A stretch of 64,000 bases of DNA from an uncultured delta proteobacterium (GCA_963803435.1 CAWDML010000009.1:1568001-1632000); one strand, 5' to 3'. Positions 10,880 to 21,955 are shown, counted from the first letter of the stretch. A program made the numbers and translations. Notes: generated from the letters alone by a model not told the origin.

Positions 10880-12389
10880 TCAACCGTCAAGCTCGGCGAT
10901 CCGGCGCGTGACCAGGTCTGAGAGCGCCATGATGGTCGCCTGGGGATTCACTGCGCTCGGGCTTGGGAACAAGCTCGCATCCGCCACCCATACGCCCTCG
11001 ACGCCGGCCAGCCGACCCTGCTCGTCGACGGGTCCCCGGAACGCGCCGCGGCTCATCGGACAGGAGCCGAAGATGTGGTTGGCCGTCAGCGGGAGGTCGC
11101 GCGCCTTCACACCGGCGGTCAGGAACGCCTCCGCCTGCTCCTTCTTCACGATCGGCTCGGGCACGCCGCGGATGCCGTGGAGCACCTCGCGGGCGCCGGC
11201 GGCCAGGAGGGCCTCGGTCGCCAGCTTGACGCCCTGCATCGCGACCTGCGCCTCCGCGTCCGGGATCCACATCAGCATCTTCGGTCGCGAGCCGCGCAGC
11301 GACTTCACGCGGCCGGTGACCTTCGCGCGATAGACGTGGACCAGGAGCGTCGCGAACTTCACGTCGGCGAGCTGCTCGAGGTAGCGCCGGCCGACGTCGC
11401 CCCAGCGCACCATGATCAAGCTGGGCGGGGCCCACAGCGACTCGAACTTCATGCCGCGGATGCCGGGGTGGAACGCGCCCCAACCCTGCGTCGCGCCGAT
11501 CCAGGGATCCATCCGCTCCTGCATGATGCCGGCGACGCCGCCGCCGATGTGCGCGAAGAAGGTGGCGCCGACGGTGCCCCGCGGGTTGAGGCCCGAGTCC
11601 TGGAGCAGCACCGGCGTCTGGGCGGCGCCGGCCGAGACGATCACCCGCGGCGCGCGGACCACGAACGCACCCACGCGGCGCCTGCCTTTCGGATCGACGA
11701 CGCTCCCGGCAACTCCGGCGGCGCGCCCGTGCTCGATCAGGATCCGTTCGACCATCGCGCAGGTGAAGATCTCGAGCGCCGTCCCGCTCGGCGTCGGGGA
11801 GGTAGCAGCGATCCATCGACTGCTTGCGTCCGGTCGCGCAGCCGGTGATGCAATCGCCGCAGCCCTCGCAGTCCTTGACCGCGCGTGGGAGTGGTCCGCT
11901 GGGGATGCCGGCGAGCGTCAGCGCGTCGCGCACCTTGAGGTTGCGGCGCCCCTGGATGTTCATCGGCGTCACCGTGGTGCTGGTGCGCGCCAACACGCGC
12001 TCGTAGGCTGCGTCGAGCGCGTCGCCTTCGAGGAAGTCGAGACCGTTCTCCTTTGCCCACTCGGCCCGGACGTAGTCGGGCAGCTGGAGCATGATCGCCG
12101 AGTTGACCACCGTGCTGCCGCCGAGACATCGCCCCTGGAGCGAGGGGATCTGGCCACTGCCACCGATGACGCGGGCGCCCCCCTCCCAGAAGTAGCGCGC
12201 CAGAAACTTGGGCGCGTCGCGCGTCATCTCCGACTCGCGCACCTTGGGACCGGCCTCCAGCACCACCGTGCGGAGGCCGCCCTTCGCCAGGTTGGCGGCG
12301 GCCACCGCGCCGCCCGCGCCGGAGCCGACGACCACCACGTCCGCCTCGACCTCGAATCCGTCCGCGAGATCGGCGAGCTCGTGCATCAT
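10880..12389 (-). CDS. GMC-family flavin oxidoreductase, frameshifted near 11770
   Basis: VVGSGAGG, LGGSTVVN, CEGCGDCITGC in the upstream frame; VSAGAAQTP, HIFGSCPM, ADASLFP, NPQATIMAL in 10880..11755. Confidence 0.85.
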
Positions 12390-12847
12390 CCGATTTCGAC
12401 CTGATCCAGCGCGTCCGGAACCACGTTGATGGGGAGCGGATCGTCCGGGTGCGGACATACCGCGAAGCAACCCATGTACGAGAGGACGCCCGGATGGGAC
12501 AGATAGATCATCGACAGCGCCCCTTTGAGCGACTCGCCCAGGATCTGGAGCGGGAAGAAGCGCGAGGCTCGCCAGCCACGCACCAGCGCCTCCCGCCGTT
12601 CGATCGGCGCACGGGAGAAGCGACGGCCGATCAGCAGGATCGAGCCGAGCTCGACCGCGATGAACATCAGCGTGACCAATCGGCGCGGGCGGTCCTCGAG
12701 CTCCTCCATCCACTCGAGCGTTCGGTCGACCATCGAGGCCTCGCTCCAGCTGGGCGCGCCCAGATCGTTCTCGGGAAAGATGGCCTCGCTGGCGGAACGG
12801 ATGCCGTCGATCGCGCGCCGCATCCAGAAGCCCTGTCCCATCGCCAC
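12386..12847 (-). CDS. Hypothetical protein, probable small partner subunit of the GMC oxidoreductase
   Basis: 153-aa ORF with ATGA overlap to the GMC gene; TAAACT box 6 nt before its GTG. Confidence 0.65.
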   Translation of the reverse strand: MAMGQGFWMRRAIDGIRSASEAIFPENDLGAPSWSEASMVDRTLEWMEELEDRPRRLVTLMFIAVELGSILLIGRRFSRAPIERREALVRGWRASRFFPLQILGESLKGALSMIYLSHPGVLSYMGCFAVCPHPDDPLPINVVPDALDQVEIG

Positions 12848-12910
12848 GATGGCAGTTTAGAGGCCGGTTTCCTTCCGCGAAAGAGTTCGGCTCGATATTC
12901 TCCTCCGTCC

Positions 12911-15154
12911 ATGGTGGCGGTGTCTTCGAAGGATCACTCCGGCGCGCAGACCGAGCGTGTGCGCTGTCCGAGTCGAATCGACAGTGTCGTGGTTTATGCG
13001 CGCGGCGCCGTGGTCACTCGTCGGGTCGAGATACGAGACCTGCCGGCGACCGCGATCGATCTGATCGTCGACGCGATCACCCCGCTCGCCGAGCCCGGCA
13101 GCTTCCGTGTGGAGGTCGAAGGGGATCGCGAGGTGCTCGGCGTCGTCACCGAGCTCGAGATCCCCGAAGACGAGCGGAGCGAAGGGGAGCTCACCCGCGA
13201 GATCACCGCCGCCACCCGCGAGATCGCCCGGCTGGTGGCCGAGCGCGCCCGCCTCGACGCGCGGCGGCGGTCGGTCGCCTCCGCCCAGCCCGAGGCGCGC
13301 CTGACGAAGAAGAAGGGGTTCGAGGATCCCGGCGCCCGTGCGCGCAACCTGGTGTCAGCGCAGGCGCTGCTCACGGAGATCGAGCGCGCGCTGGACGAGT
13401 CGATCGTGGCGATCGATCGCACGCTCATCGAGCAGCGGAAGGGACTGCGCAAGCTGGAGATCGAGGCGGCCCAGCGAGAGGGGCGCGCGGTCGCGAGGAA
13501 GCACCACCCGGAGCTGCGCGCGGTCATCCGCCTCGCCGCCCAGGACGCGCCCGTGCAGGCGCTCCTGTTGTCCTACGGGGTCGCGGAGGCGCGCTGGTGG
13601 CCGACGTACGCGGTCCATCTCACCGACGGTGCCCGTCGCGCCGAGCTCTTCGTCGAGGCGCTGGTGGCGCAGGCGACCTTCGAGGACTGGAAGGACGTCT
13701 CGCTGGCGCTCAGCACCGCCGACAAGATCCGAGACGTTCGACTGCCCGAGCTGAGCTCCCTCCGGCTGGGTCGTGCCCAGGAGCCGAAGAAGAGAGGCTT
13801 CCGCGAGCCGCCTTCGGATCTGGATCAGCTCTTCGCGGCCTACGACGACGCGATCGCGGGCACCGAGCGGAAACCGGCGCCGATCCCGCCGGCGTTGCGC
13901 CAGCTCCAGGCGTTCAAGCAGGAGCTCCTGGAGGACGGGAACCTCGAGGCGGGCGACGAGGCGCACGGGTCCTTCAGCGAGGAGATCACGGGCGTGGGCT
14001 GGGCGAACGAGCTGCAGGTGCGGGATTGATTGGGCGTGACCACCCGCGCGGGGATGGTCTCCGCGAGGTCGCGCACCATGTCGGCGAGGCCCTCGCCGCC
14101 CCCTCCGCCGATGGTGGCGGCCCAGATGGGGGCGATGCCGGCCGGCGCGCCCATGGCCAGCCGGGCGCCCATGCGGGCGGCAGGTCCGGGGGCGGTCCTC
14201 GGCGACGTGCTGGAGGCTGCAGCCGACGGGATCGCCGCGTTCGGGGAAGGCGCCGTCCGTGCATTCAAGGCCGTCGGGCCCAGCGAGATCGAGCCGGCCG
14301 ACGCGTGGCTCGACTTCGACTCGCTGCGGCTGAGCGCCTTCAGCGTCGAGGCGAGCGGCTCGGCGCGCGGCCGGCTGGTCCGAACCCAGCGCTTCGAGCT
14401 AGTGGCCGAGCTCCGCCGGCAGGTGCAGCTGGTCGACCTCACCGCGGACCGGCCGGGCGGCGCGTCGGGGCCCCGCGGCCTGCGAGATCCGCTGGTCAGC
14501 CGCGGCGAGTTCGATCACCGGTACGACGCCGACAGCACCGCGGAGGTCGCCGCCGACGGACGGCCCCACCGGGTCTCGCTGCTCCGCGCGAGCGCGCCCG
14601 CGAAGCCCCGCTTCGTCACGGTGCCGCGCTCCGTCGCAGACGTGTTTCGCGAGGTCGAGCTCACCAATCCGATCGACGCGCCGCTCTTGCACGGGCCGAT
14701 CGACGTCATGCTCGACGGAGCTCTGCTCACCACGACCGCACTCGAGGAGCCAGTGGATCGCGGAGGCAGCTTCGCGGTCGGCTTGGGCGTCGAGGAGCGG
14801 GTGCGCGTGGCGAGAAACGCGCGCGTCCGTGAGACCACGGTGGGGATGCTGTCGTCGAGCACTGCGGTCGATCATCAGGTCACCATCGACCTGGCCTCGG
14901 GTCTCGGCCATCCTATCGCGGTCGAGGTGATGGAGCGCGTCCCCGTCACCGACGACAAGAACGTAAAGATCGAGCTGATCGAATCGACGCCGCCGGCCGA
15001 GAAGTACGATCAGAAGGAGCGCGGGCGTCCCATCGACGGAGGCCTCAAGTGGAAGATCGCGCTCGACCCGGGAGGGAAGCGAACGGTCTCGTACACGTAC
15101 CGCATCGAGCTCTCCGCGAAGTCCGAGATCCAGGGAGGCAACCGCCGTGAATGA
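12911..15154 (+). CDS. DUF4140/DUF4139 (MuiA-like) protein interrupted by an in-frame TGA at 14027-14029
   Basis: SRIDSVVVYARGAVVTR, ARWWPTY, VAQATFEDWKDVSLALST; after the stop in the same frame PLLHGPIDV, VGLGVEERVRV, EVMERVPV, IQGGNRRE. Confidence 0.8.
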
Positions 15155-16734
15155 CACCGTACGGATCCGCGCGCCCAAGGCGGTGCCGAGCCGCGCCTCG
15201 ATGGTGCGACTGTACGAGGACCGCGCCGAGGTGGTCCGCTCGGCCTCGATCGAGGTCTCCCAGGGGAGCCAGTGGATCGCGATCTCCGGCGTCACGGCGG
15301 TCATCGACGATCGAAGCGTGCAGGCCGAGATCCGCGCCGACGGCGTCCGCGTGATCGGGGCCCGCGTTCTCCGCCGCGTCCGCGATCCCGGCGACCTCGA
15401 CGTGAGCGACGCGGAGGCCCTCGAGCATCGGACCGACGCGCTCCTCGATCGACACCACGCCGCCGAGCGCGCCGGTCTCCGCGCCGAGTCGGCGCTGGCG
15501 CGCAGCGAAGAGGCGATCGCGGGCTGGCTCTCGGGGATTCTCGCGGGTGCCGGAGCTGAGCGACGACGCCGTGCGCACCCGCTGGGTCGAGGCGTACCAG
15601 GCGTTGATCACCGCCGACGACGCGCACCTGGCCGACAACCTGAAGGCGAGCGAAGAAGAGCAGGACGTCGGCGAGACCGCAGCGGCGCTCATCGACAAGC
15701 TGAACCGTCTCAGGACCGAGGTGCCCCAGATTGACGCGGTGATCGAGGTCCAGCTCCACGCCGACCACGCCTGTCCCGCAGAGCTTCAGGTGAAGTATCG
15801 AACGCCCTGCGCCGCCTGGCGGCCCGAGCACCTGGCGCGCCTCTCGCCCGTGGCGAAGGGACCGTCGCGCATCGACCTCACCACCTACGCGACGGTCTGG
15901 CAGTCGACCGGCGAGGACTGGGCCGACGTCCAGGTCGAGTTCTCGACCGCGCGTCCGGCCCGCATCGCCTCTGCGCCGCTGCTCGAAGAGGACCGCATCC
16001 ACGCCCGCAAGAAGACCGAGGAGGAGCGGCGCACCATCACGGTGGAGCAGCGGGAGCAGGAGATCCAGGTGGCCGGGATTGGCGACCGAGCCCGGGCCGT
16101 CGACGAGATGCCCGGCGTCGACGATGGCGGTGAGCCGCTCACCTATCGGTCCGCCGGTCGGGTGTCGCTCCCCTCGAACGGGCGGCCCTACCGGGTCGAG
16201 ATTGGTCGCGCCGCGCTCGAGGCCTCGGCCGGTCGGGTCTTGGTGGCGGAGAAGACGCCGGTCGCGCATTGGCGGGCCACCTCGACACTGACCGCGCCAG
16301 GCCCGTTGCTTGCTGGTCCGGTCCGGATCATCCGAAACCGAAGCATGATGGGGCGAGGCAAGACGGACTTCGTCGGGCGCGGAGAAGCGTTCGAGCTCGG
16401 ATTCGGGCCCGACGACTCGATCCGCGCGCGAAGGAAGCTGACCGAGAAGCGCGATCGAACGCCGCTGATCGGCACGCAGAAGATCGATCGCGAGGTCCGT
16501 CTCTTTCTCTCCAACCTCTCGGGCGAGACGAAGGAGGTTACGGTTCTGGAGCGCATCCCCGTCAGTGAGATCGAGGAGATAGAGATCGCGCTGATCGAGG
16601 GCGGCCCCGAATGGAGCCACGACCGTCGCGATGGCTTTCTGCGTCGCAAGGTGATGCTGGGCGCCCGCGAGACCAAGGAGATCAAGTACTCCTACGAGAT
16701 CCGCGCCAAGTCGAACGTCGAGCTGCCGTTCTGA
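15147..16734 (+). CDS. Second DUF4140/DUF4139 (MuiA-like) protein, frameshifted near 15545
   Basis: VRLYEDRAEVVR; then AAWRPEH, VWQSTGEDWADVQVEFSTARP, PLLAGPV, LGFGPDD, VLERIPVSE. Confidence 0.8.
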
Positions 16735-16749
16735 TATAGAAGGGGCAGG

Positions 16750-17850
16750 ATGTCCGACCACGAGAAGCTGGGGATCCACGAGGCCTCGACGGTCATCGAG
16801 GCCAAGCGCCCGCCCTCCGCCACGGCGGAGCGCGCGACCACCGACGCGCTCCCATCGATCGCCGTTCCTCCGCACGCAGGGAAGGTCCTCGAGGGCTCCG
16901 GCCCCGACACCGCGCGCGACGAGGACACAGCCCCGCGCATCGGCGAGTACGCGTTGATCGCCCGCTTTCCCTCCAGCGCCACCGCCGAGGTCTTCCTCGG
17001 TTACAAGGTCACGAACTTCGGCTTCATCCGGCGCGCGGTGGTCAAGTGGACCGACCGCAATCGGACGGACTACGACAAGGTGCGCGAGACGCTGTTGGAC
17101 GAGGGGCGCGCCATCTCCTTCGTCGATCACCCGAACATCGTCACCATCCTGGACATGGGCGACGACGCCAACGGCACCTACATTGCGCTCGAGTACGTGT
17201 CGGGTACCGACCTGCGCCGCGTGATGTCCGAGCTCACCGAGCGCAAGGATCAGATGCCGTACCAGCACGCGTGTTTCCTCAGCTGCGAGCTGTTGCGCGG
17301 GCTCCAGCACATGCACCTGGCCAGCGGCGCCGATCAGCGACCGCTCAACATCGTGCATCGGGACGTCAACCCCTCCAACGTGCTGATCTCCGAGGACGGC
17401 CACGTCAAGCTGACCGACTTCGGGACCGTGCTGATGCAAGGCCGCCTGCAGGGGACGACCGCGCCCGGGATGGTCAAGGGCAAGGTTCGCTATCTGGCAC
17501 CGGAGTACATCGCCGATCAGATCTGCTCGCACCGCGTCGACGTCTACAGCGTCGGCGTGATGCTCTTCGAGATGCTCACCGGGCAGCCGGCGTTCGTCAC
17601 CAACAACGCGACCAGCAGCATGATGTTGATCGTTCGCGACGGCCTCCCGGTTCGGGAGCTCAAGAGCTTCAACGTTCCGAAGCACCTGATCGACATCGTC
17701 GCCAAGGCCACCAGCAAGCGGCCGCAGGACCGCTTCCATGCGGCCTCGGAGATGTGCGACGCGATCGAGGACTGGATGGCCACGGACGGACAGTTCGTCA
17801 GCCCCTCGAGGTTCTCAGCCTATCTCCACGCGCACGGTCTGTTCGTGTGA
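16750..17850 (+). CDS. Ser/Thr protein kinase with degenerate glycine-rich loop
   Basis: HPNIV, HRDVNPSN, VKLTDFG, KGKVRYLAPE, DVYSVG. Confidence 0.9.
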   Translation: MSDHEKLGIHEASTVIEAKRPPSATAERATTDALPSIAVPPHAGKVLEGSGPDTARDEDTAPRIGEYALIARFPSSATAEVFLGYKVTNFGFIRRAVVKWTDRNRTDYDKVRETLLDEGRAISFVDHPNIVTILDMGDDANGTYIALEYVSGTDLRRVMSELTERKDQMPYQHACFLSCELLRGLQHMHLASGADQRPLNIVHRDVNPSNVLISEDGHVKLTDFGTVLMQGRLQGTTAPGMVKGKVRYLAPEYIADQICSHRVDVYSVGVMLFEMLTGQPAFVTNNATSSMMLIVRDGLPVRELKSFNVPKHLIDIVAKATSKRPQDRFHAASEMCDAIEDWMATDGQFVSPSRFSAYLHAHGLFV

Positions 17851-17865
17851 GGCCGTGCGGCCGCC

Positions 17866-18846
17866 TCACGGTCGCAGCACCTCGAACATCGCCTTCTTCC
17901 CCCTCAGCTCGAAGTAGAGCCCCATGCCGTAGGACGTCTTGCCGTCCAGCATCGGCCAGGGATCGGGGTTGGCGGTCCCGGCGTTCACATACAGCGTGGT
18001 GAAGAGCTTCTTCGGCCTCCGGACCTTCTTGCCGCTGAGGTCGGTCCCACGGCCGCCCGCCTCCAGGATGTGGCCGAAGATCCCGAAGCTGGTGTTCGTT
18101 CGCTTCAAGAGATCCGTGATCTGGGGATCGCCGACGTTGCCGGCATCCGTCGCCAGGTCGAGCGCCTTCTTGCCGCTCTGCTTGGGAGGGCCGTGAGAGA
18201 TCAGGATCTTGGGCCCCTTGGCCTCGTCCATCATGTGCTTCAGCTCGAGCAGGTCGTCCTCGTCGTAGTGCGCCGCACCGCCCGTATGGACGAAGCGGCG
18301 GTCGTAGTACCCGGGGAGCGTGAAGAGCACGGCGCTGTCGAGCTCGATCTGGCGGACCCAGTTGCCGTTGATGAAGTTGGGATGCTTGGCGAACACGATC
18401 TCGGCGGCGTGATTGAACTGCCCGCACGACTCCGTGTTGCCGACATGCGCGATCACCAGGACATCGGCGGCAGCCAGCGCCGGCAGCAGCGCGTCCTCCA
18501 TGTTGAACTCCTTGCTGCCGACGTCGCCGTTGACCACGAGCACGTCCATCCGGCGCTTCTCGAGCTGTCTGATCAGCTTCTTGATCGCCGACAGGGTCTC
18601 CTCGCGCTCGTCCTTGGTCGCGGAGATGACACCGATCCGCAGCGTGTGGCCGCGCCCGTGATCCAGCTGCACCAGACGGTGGCCGAGGAGCTGGTATTTG
18701 TGCCTGCCGGCCGAGATCTCGATCGGCTCCGCGAGCTTACCTGGGCTCCCGACGCACTCGCCGTTGCGCGCCTCTGCGAACTTCGCCCAGCTCGCATAGG
18801 TGGGGGTCTCGGAGGTGAGGAGCAGGAGGATCAACGCCGCGTGCAC
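17866..18846 (-). CDS. Exported calcineurin-like metallophosphoesterase-family protein
   Basis: VVNGDV, HVGNTE, ISHGPP, FGHILE motifs; short hydrophobic N-terminus. Confidence 0.7.
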   Translation of the reverse strand: MHAALILLLLTSETPTYASWAKFAEARNGECVGSPGKLAEPIEISAGRHKYQLLGHRLVQLDHGRGHTLRIGVISATKDEREETLSAIKKLIRQLEKRRMDVLVVNGDVGSKEFNMEDALLPALAAADVLVIAHVGNTESCGQFNHAAEIVFAKHPNFINGNWVRQIELDSAVLFTLPGYYDRRFVHTGGAAHYDEDDLLELKHMMDEAKGPKILISHGPPKQSGKKALDLATDAGNVGDPQITDLLKRTNTSFGIFGHILEAGGRGTDLSGKKVRRPKKLFTTLYVNAGTANPDPWPMLDGKTSYGMGLYFELRGKKAMFEVLRP

Positions 18847-18860
18847 CGCGGCAACCTAGC

Positions 18861-20057
18861 CTACGCCCTCGCCTCGGTCGATCCTCGCGTGAGGCGAGCC
18901 AGGAGCCCGGCGAGCCCGGGGATCGCACCGATCCAGCGGATCGCCCGATCCGCCCGAACCGGATCCAGCAGCAGATCCTGGAGCCCCCGCGCGATCCGCA
19001 TCCGCGGCTCGAAGGCCAGCCGCCAGCGGAGATCCCATCGCCGAGCCAGCGTCTCCAGCTGACCGGGGCTGGGACGGTCGTCGAGGGATCTCATCGTCTC
19101 GGCGAGGAGCGCGGCGGAGTCGAGCGCCATCGCCTGACCGTCGCCGGCCAAGGGCGCGATCATGCCGGCGGCGTCCCCGACGAAGAGCACCCCGTCCTTG
19201 GCCCGCTCCTTGAGCGAGAACGGGATCTCGGCCACCGCCTGGATCACGTCGTCCGACGGCACCAGGGACTCGAGCCGCTCGGCGAGGTGCGCGTTGGCAG
19301 CGATGAGCGCGCGCCGGACGGACTCCCACTCCGTGTCGGGCATCCGGTCGAGGAACCGGCGCTCGAGCAGCATGCAGACGTTGACCTCGCCGGTCTCGAC
19401 GAAGCTCATCCCACAGTAGCCGCCGTCGAGCGTGTGGATCTCGACCGTCTCCGCCAGCGCCTTCACGAGCGCCTCGCCGCCTGGACCCCGGGCGGCGCGG
19501 TGGTGCCGCTTGAACGCGACGTACGGGTGTCGCTGTTCCGTGAAGCGGCGGGAGAGCGCCCGATCGATCCGCGCCCTCCGCCCGTAGGCGCCGACGACGA
19601 TGCGCGCCTCGATCGTCTCCAGCGATCGAGCTCGATCGCGCGCGACCTCGATCTCGAAGCGTCCCTCCGTCGGGACGATCGCCCTCACCTCCGCATGCTC
19701 GACCGTCTCGGCGCCGCGGGCGGCAGCGTGCTCGAAGAGCAGCCGATCGAGCGCGGCCCGCGTGACCCCGAGCGCCGGCGCCGGAAGGTCGAGCGACAGA
19801 GAGGCTCCCGAGGGCGCGGTGAAGCGCGCACGGCGGATCGGTACCGCGCCCGAGGCCACGATTCGATCCAGGCAACCCAGCTTGCGCAGGGTGGCTTGCG
19901 ACTCCGACGACAGAAACTCTCCGCAGAGCTTGTCCCGGGGGAACGTGTCGCGCTCCAGGAGCAGCACGTCGCGCCCCGCGCCCGCGAGGAGGGCCGCGAG
20001 CGCAGAGCCCGCCGGACCGCCACCGACGATCACCACCTCGCGCTCGGCTCGGGTCAC
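18861..20057 (-). CDS. FAD-dependent oxidoreductase/monooxygenase (geranylgeranyl-reductase-like)
   Basis: IVGGGPAGS, FPRDKLCGE, FVGDAAGMIAPLAGDGQ; GTGA overlap with the PKS stop. Confidence 0.85.
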   Translation of the reverse strand: MTRAEREVVIVGGGPAGSALAALLAGAGRDVLLLERDTFPRDKLCGEFLSSESQATLRKLGCLDRIVASGAVPIRRARFTAPSGASLSLDLPAPALGVTRAALDRLLFEHAAARGAETVEHAEVRAIVPTEGRFEIEVARDRARSLETIEARIVVGAYGRRARIDRALSRRFTEQRHPYVAFKRHHRAARGPGGEALVKALAETVEIHTLDGGYCGMSFVETGEVNVCMLLERRFLDRMPDTEWESVRRALIAANAHLAERLESLVPSDDVIQAVAEIPFSLKERAKDGVLFVGDAAGMIAPLAGDGQAMALDSAALLAETMRSLDDRPSPGQLETLARRWDLRWRLAFEPRMRIARGLQDLLLDPVRADRAIRWIGAIPGLAGLLARLTRGSTEARA

Positions 20058-21223
20058 GCCGGTTCTACTTCCAGCGTGACCCCCTCGATCGTCAATCCCG
20101 GGCCGAAGCCGAGCGCCAGCACGTGACCGGCGCGCTGGTTCCTGCGGAGCTCGCGCTCGAGCACGAAGAGGATTGTCGCCGACGACATGTTTCCCAGCTC
20201 CCGCAATACTTCGAACGCCGACAGGAGCGCCGCCTCCGGTACCCGCAGGCCCCGGGCGACCGCCTCCAGGATGCGCCGGCCGCCGGGATGGATCGCATAT
20301 CCGACGACCGCCTCCCGGTCGCCCACACCGGACGACTCGAGCAGATGCCGCACGAACGGCTCGACGCCCTCCTCGAGGTGCTGGGGGATGTCGGCGCCCA
20401 GCGTCATCACGAAGCCGTGGTCGCCGATCTCCCAGCGCATCCGATCGAGGGTGTCGCGCGCCACCTGCGAGGCCGTACCGCAGACGGTGGCGAGCCCGCT
20501 CCCATCCTTCGGGTCGCGGCGGTAGACCGCTGCCGACGCGCCGTCGCCGAAGAGGCTGTTCGCGATCAGCATCTTCATGTTGGGCTCCCGCTGGAGGTGC
20601 AGCGAGCAGAGCTCCACGGAGACATGGAGGACGGTCGCGCCCGGATCCGCGCGCACGATCTGGTCGGCCGTGCGGATCGCGTTGAGGCCCGCGTAGCACC
20701 CCATGAACCCGATGACGGTACGCTGGACCCGGTCGGACATGCCGAGCGCGAGGCCGAGCTCGATGTCGGGCCCGGGCGCGAAGAAGCCGGTGCAGGTGCT
20801 GATCACGAGGTGCGTGATCTGGCTCGGCGTCACCGCGGAGGCCGCCAGCGCCCGCGTGGCGGCCTCGACCGCCAGCGGCACGGACTCGCGCCGATAGGCA
20901 GCCATGCGCGCCGCCGTGGTGGGGAACGGATCGAGGGACCAGCGCGGCGGATAGAAGCGGAAGCTCTCGGGATCCGACGCGCCGTAGTCGGCGAGCACGC
21001 TGTGGCGGGCCTCGATGCCCGAGCCCTCGGCGATCGACTCGATCCTGCGGAGGAACCCGCTCGGCGTCTCCGGTTGCGCGGCCGCCACGTTCCGCAGAAA
21101 GCGCGCGATCGTCTGCTGCGACGACCGGTGGCGAGGGACCGCCGTTCCGATCCCGAGCAGTCGCGTGCGATGGGCCGACGAGCCGATCCTGCGATCAGAG
21201 GGAGCGGTGGCCCGATCAGGCAA
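20054..21223 (-). CDS. Type III polyketide synthase (chalcone/stilbene synthase family); start uncertain
   Basis: Catalytic triad GFMGCYAG (Cys), AIHPGG (His), LGNMSS (Asn); VELCSLH, LFGDGA, GFGPGLT. Confidence 0.92.
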   Translation of the reverse strand: MPDRATAPSDRRIGSSAHRTRLLGIGTAVPRHRSSQQTIARFLRNVAAAQPETPSGFLRRIESIAEGSGIEARHSVLADYGASDPESFRFYPPRWSLDPFPTTAARMAAYRRESVPLAVEAATRALAASAVTPSQITHLVISTCTGFFAPGPDIELGLALGMSDRVQRTVIGFMGCYAGLNAIRTADQIVRADPGATVLHVSVELCSLHLQREPNMKMLIANSLFGDGASAAVYRRDPKDGSGLATVCGTASQVARDTLDRMRWEIGDHGFVMTLGADIPQHLEEGVEPFVRHLLESSGVGDREAVVGYAIHPGGRRILEAVARGLRVPEAALLSAFEVLRELGNMSSATILFVLERELRRNQRAGHVLALGFGPGLTIEGVTLEVEPA

Positions 21224-21263
21224 GCCCTTTGTCGCTTCGGGGCGATCCGCTACGCTGAAAGGG

Positions 21264-21881
21264 ATGGGGAGCGAGGGTCTCCGACTCATGCTGTTCGATC
21301 GGACGTGCCGCGGCCGCGGTCCCCTGCCCGGCCTGACCACCCTCTGGCGCGCCGGCGCCTGGCTCTACGGCCGCCTCGGTCGCCTCGATGCATGGCGAGG
21401 TGCGACGACCTGGGCGGAGGGCCTCGAGTGGCTCGCCACCCACGCGCCCGATCGTCCCATCGCCGAGATCCAGTACTGGGGCCACGGCAACTGGGGCACC
21501 CTCCTCATGGATCGACAGCGCCTCGACGTGGCCGCGCTCGACCCCGACCACGCGCTGCAACCCTGGCTCGCCCGCGTGCGCGACCGCCTGCTCCCCGGCG
21601 CCCGCTCGCTCCTCTGGTTCCGAACCTGCGAGACCTTCGGGAGGTCCGAGGGTCACCGGTTCGCCCGCGCGTTCGCAGACTTCTTTCAGGCGCGCGTCGC
21701 CGGCCACACGTACGTGATCGCCTGGGCACAGAGCGGGCTGCACACGCTCGGTCCCGGAGAGAGCCCGCAATGGCCGATCGGTGAGGGCCTCGGCCGCAAC
21801 CCGAAGCGCGCGCTCTGGTCGGGATTCACCAAACCGAACACAATCTCGTTCCTCCACGGCTCGATCCCGCGGGGGTTCTAA
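21264..21881 (+). CDS. Hypothetical protein (Trp-rich, IQYWGHG and WFRTCETFG motifs)
   Basis: Good high-GC codon pattern; TACGCT box 7 nt before ATG; divergent from the PKS. Confidence 0.65.
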   Translation: MGSEGLRLMLFDRTCRGRGPLPGLTTLWRAGAWLYGRLGRLDAWRGATTWAEGLEWLATHAPDRPIAEIQYWGHGNWGTLLMDRQRLDVAALDPDHALQPWLARVRDRLLPGARSLLWFRTCETFGRSEGHRFARAFADFFQARVAGHTYVIAWAQSGLHTLGPGESPQWPIGEGLGRNPKRALWSGFTKPNTISFLHGSIPRGF

Positions 21882-21885
21882 CTTG

Positions 21886-21950
21886 GAGCGTGTAGCGCGT
21901 AGCGCTACCGCGAGCCCGGTCCGGGTCCCGGTCCCGGTCCCGGTCCCGAT
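21886..21950. repeat. Copy A passenger-side terminal inverted repeat with CC(C/G)GGT hexamer array
   Basis: GAGCGTGTAGCGCGTAGCGCTACCGCGAGCCCGGTCCGGGT(CCCGGT)3CCCGAT; reverse complement of 26496-26560 and ~23231-23302. Confidence 0.92.
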
Positions 21951-21955
21951 GGCGA

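Noticed and set aside
14027-14029. Selenocysteine recoding of the in-frame TGA
   Set aside because: It lies in a low-complexity linker with no redox motif, and no convincing SECIS hairpin was recognised
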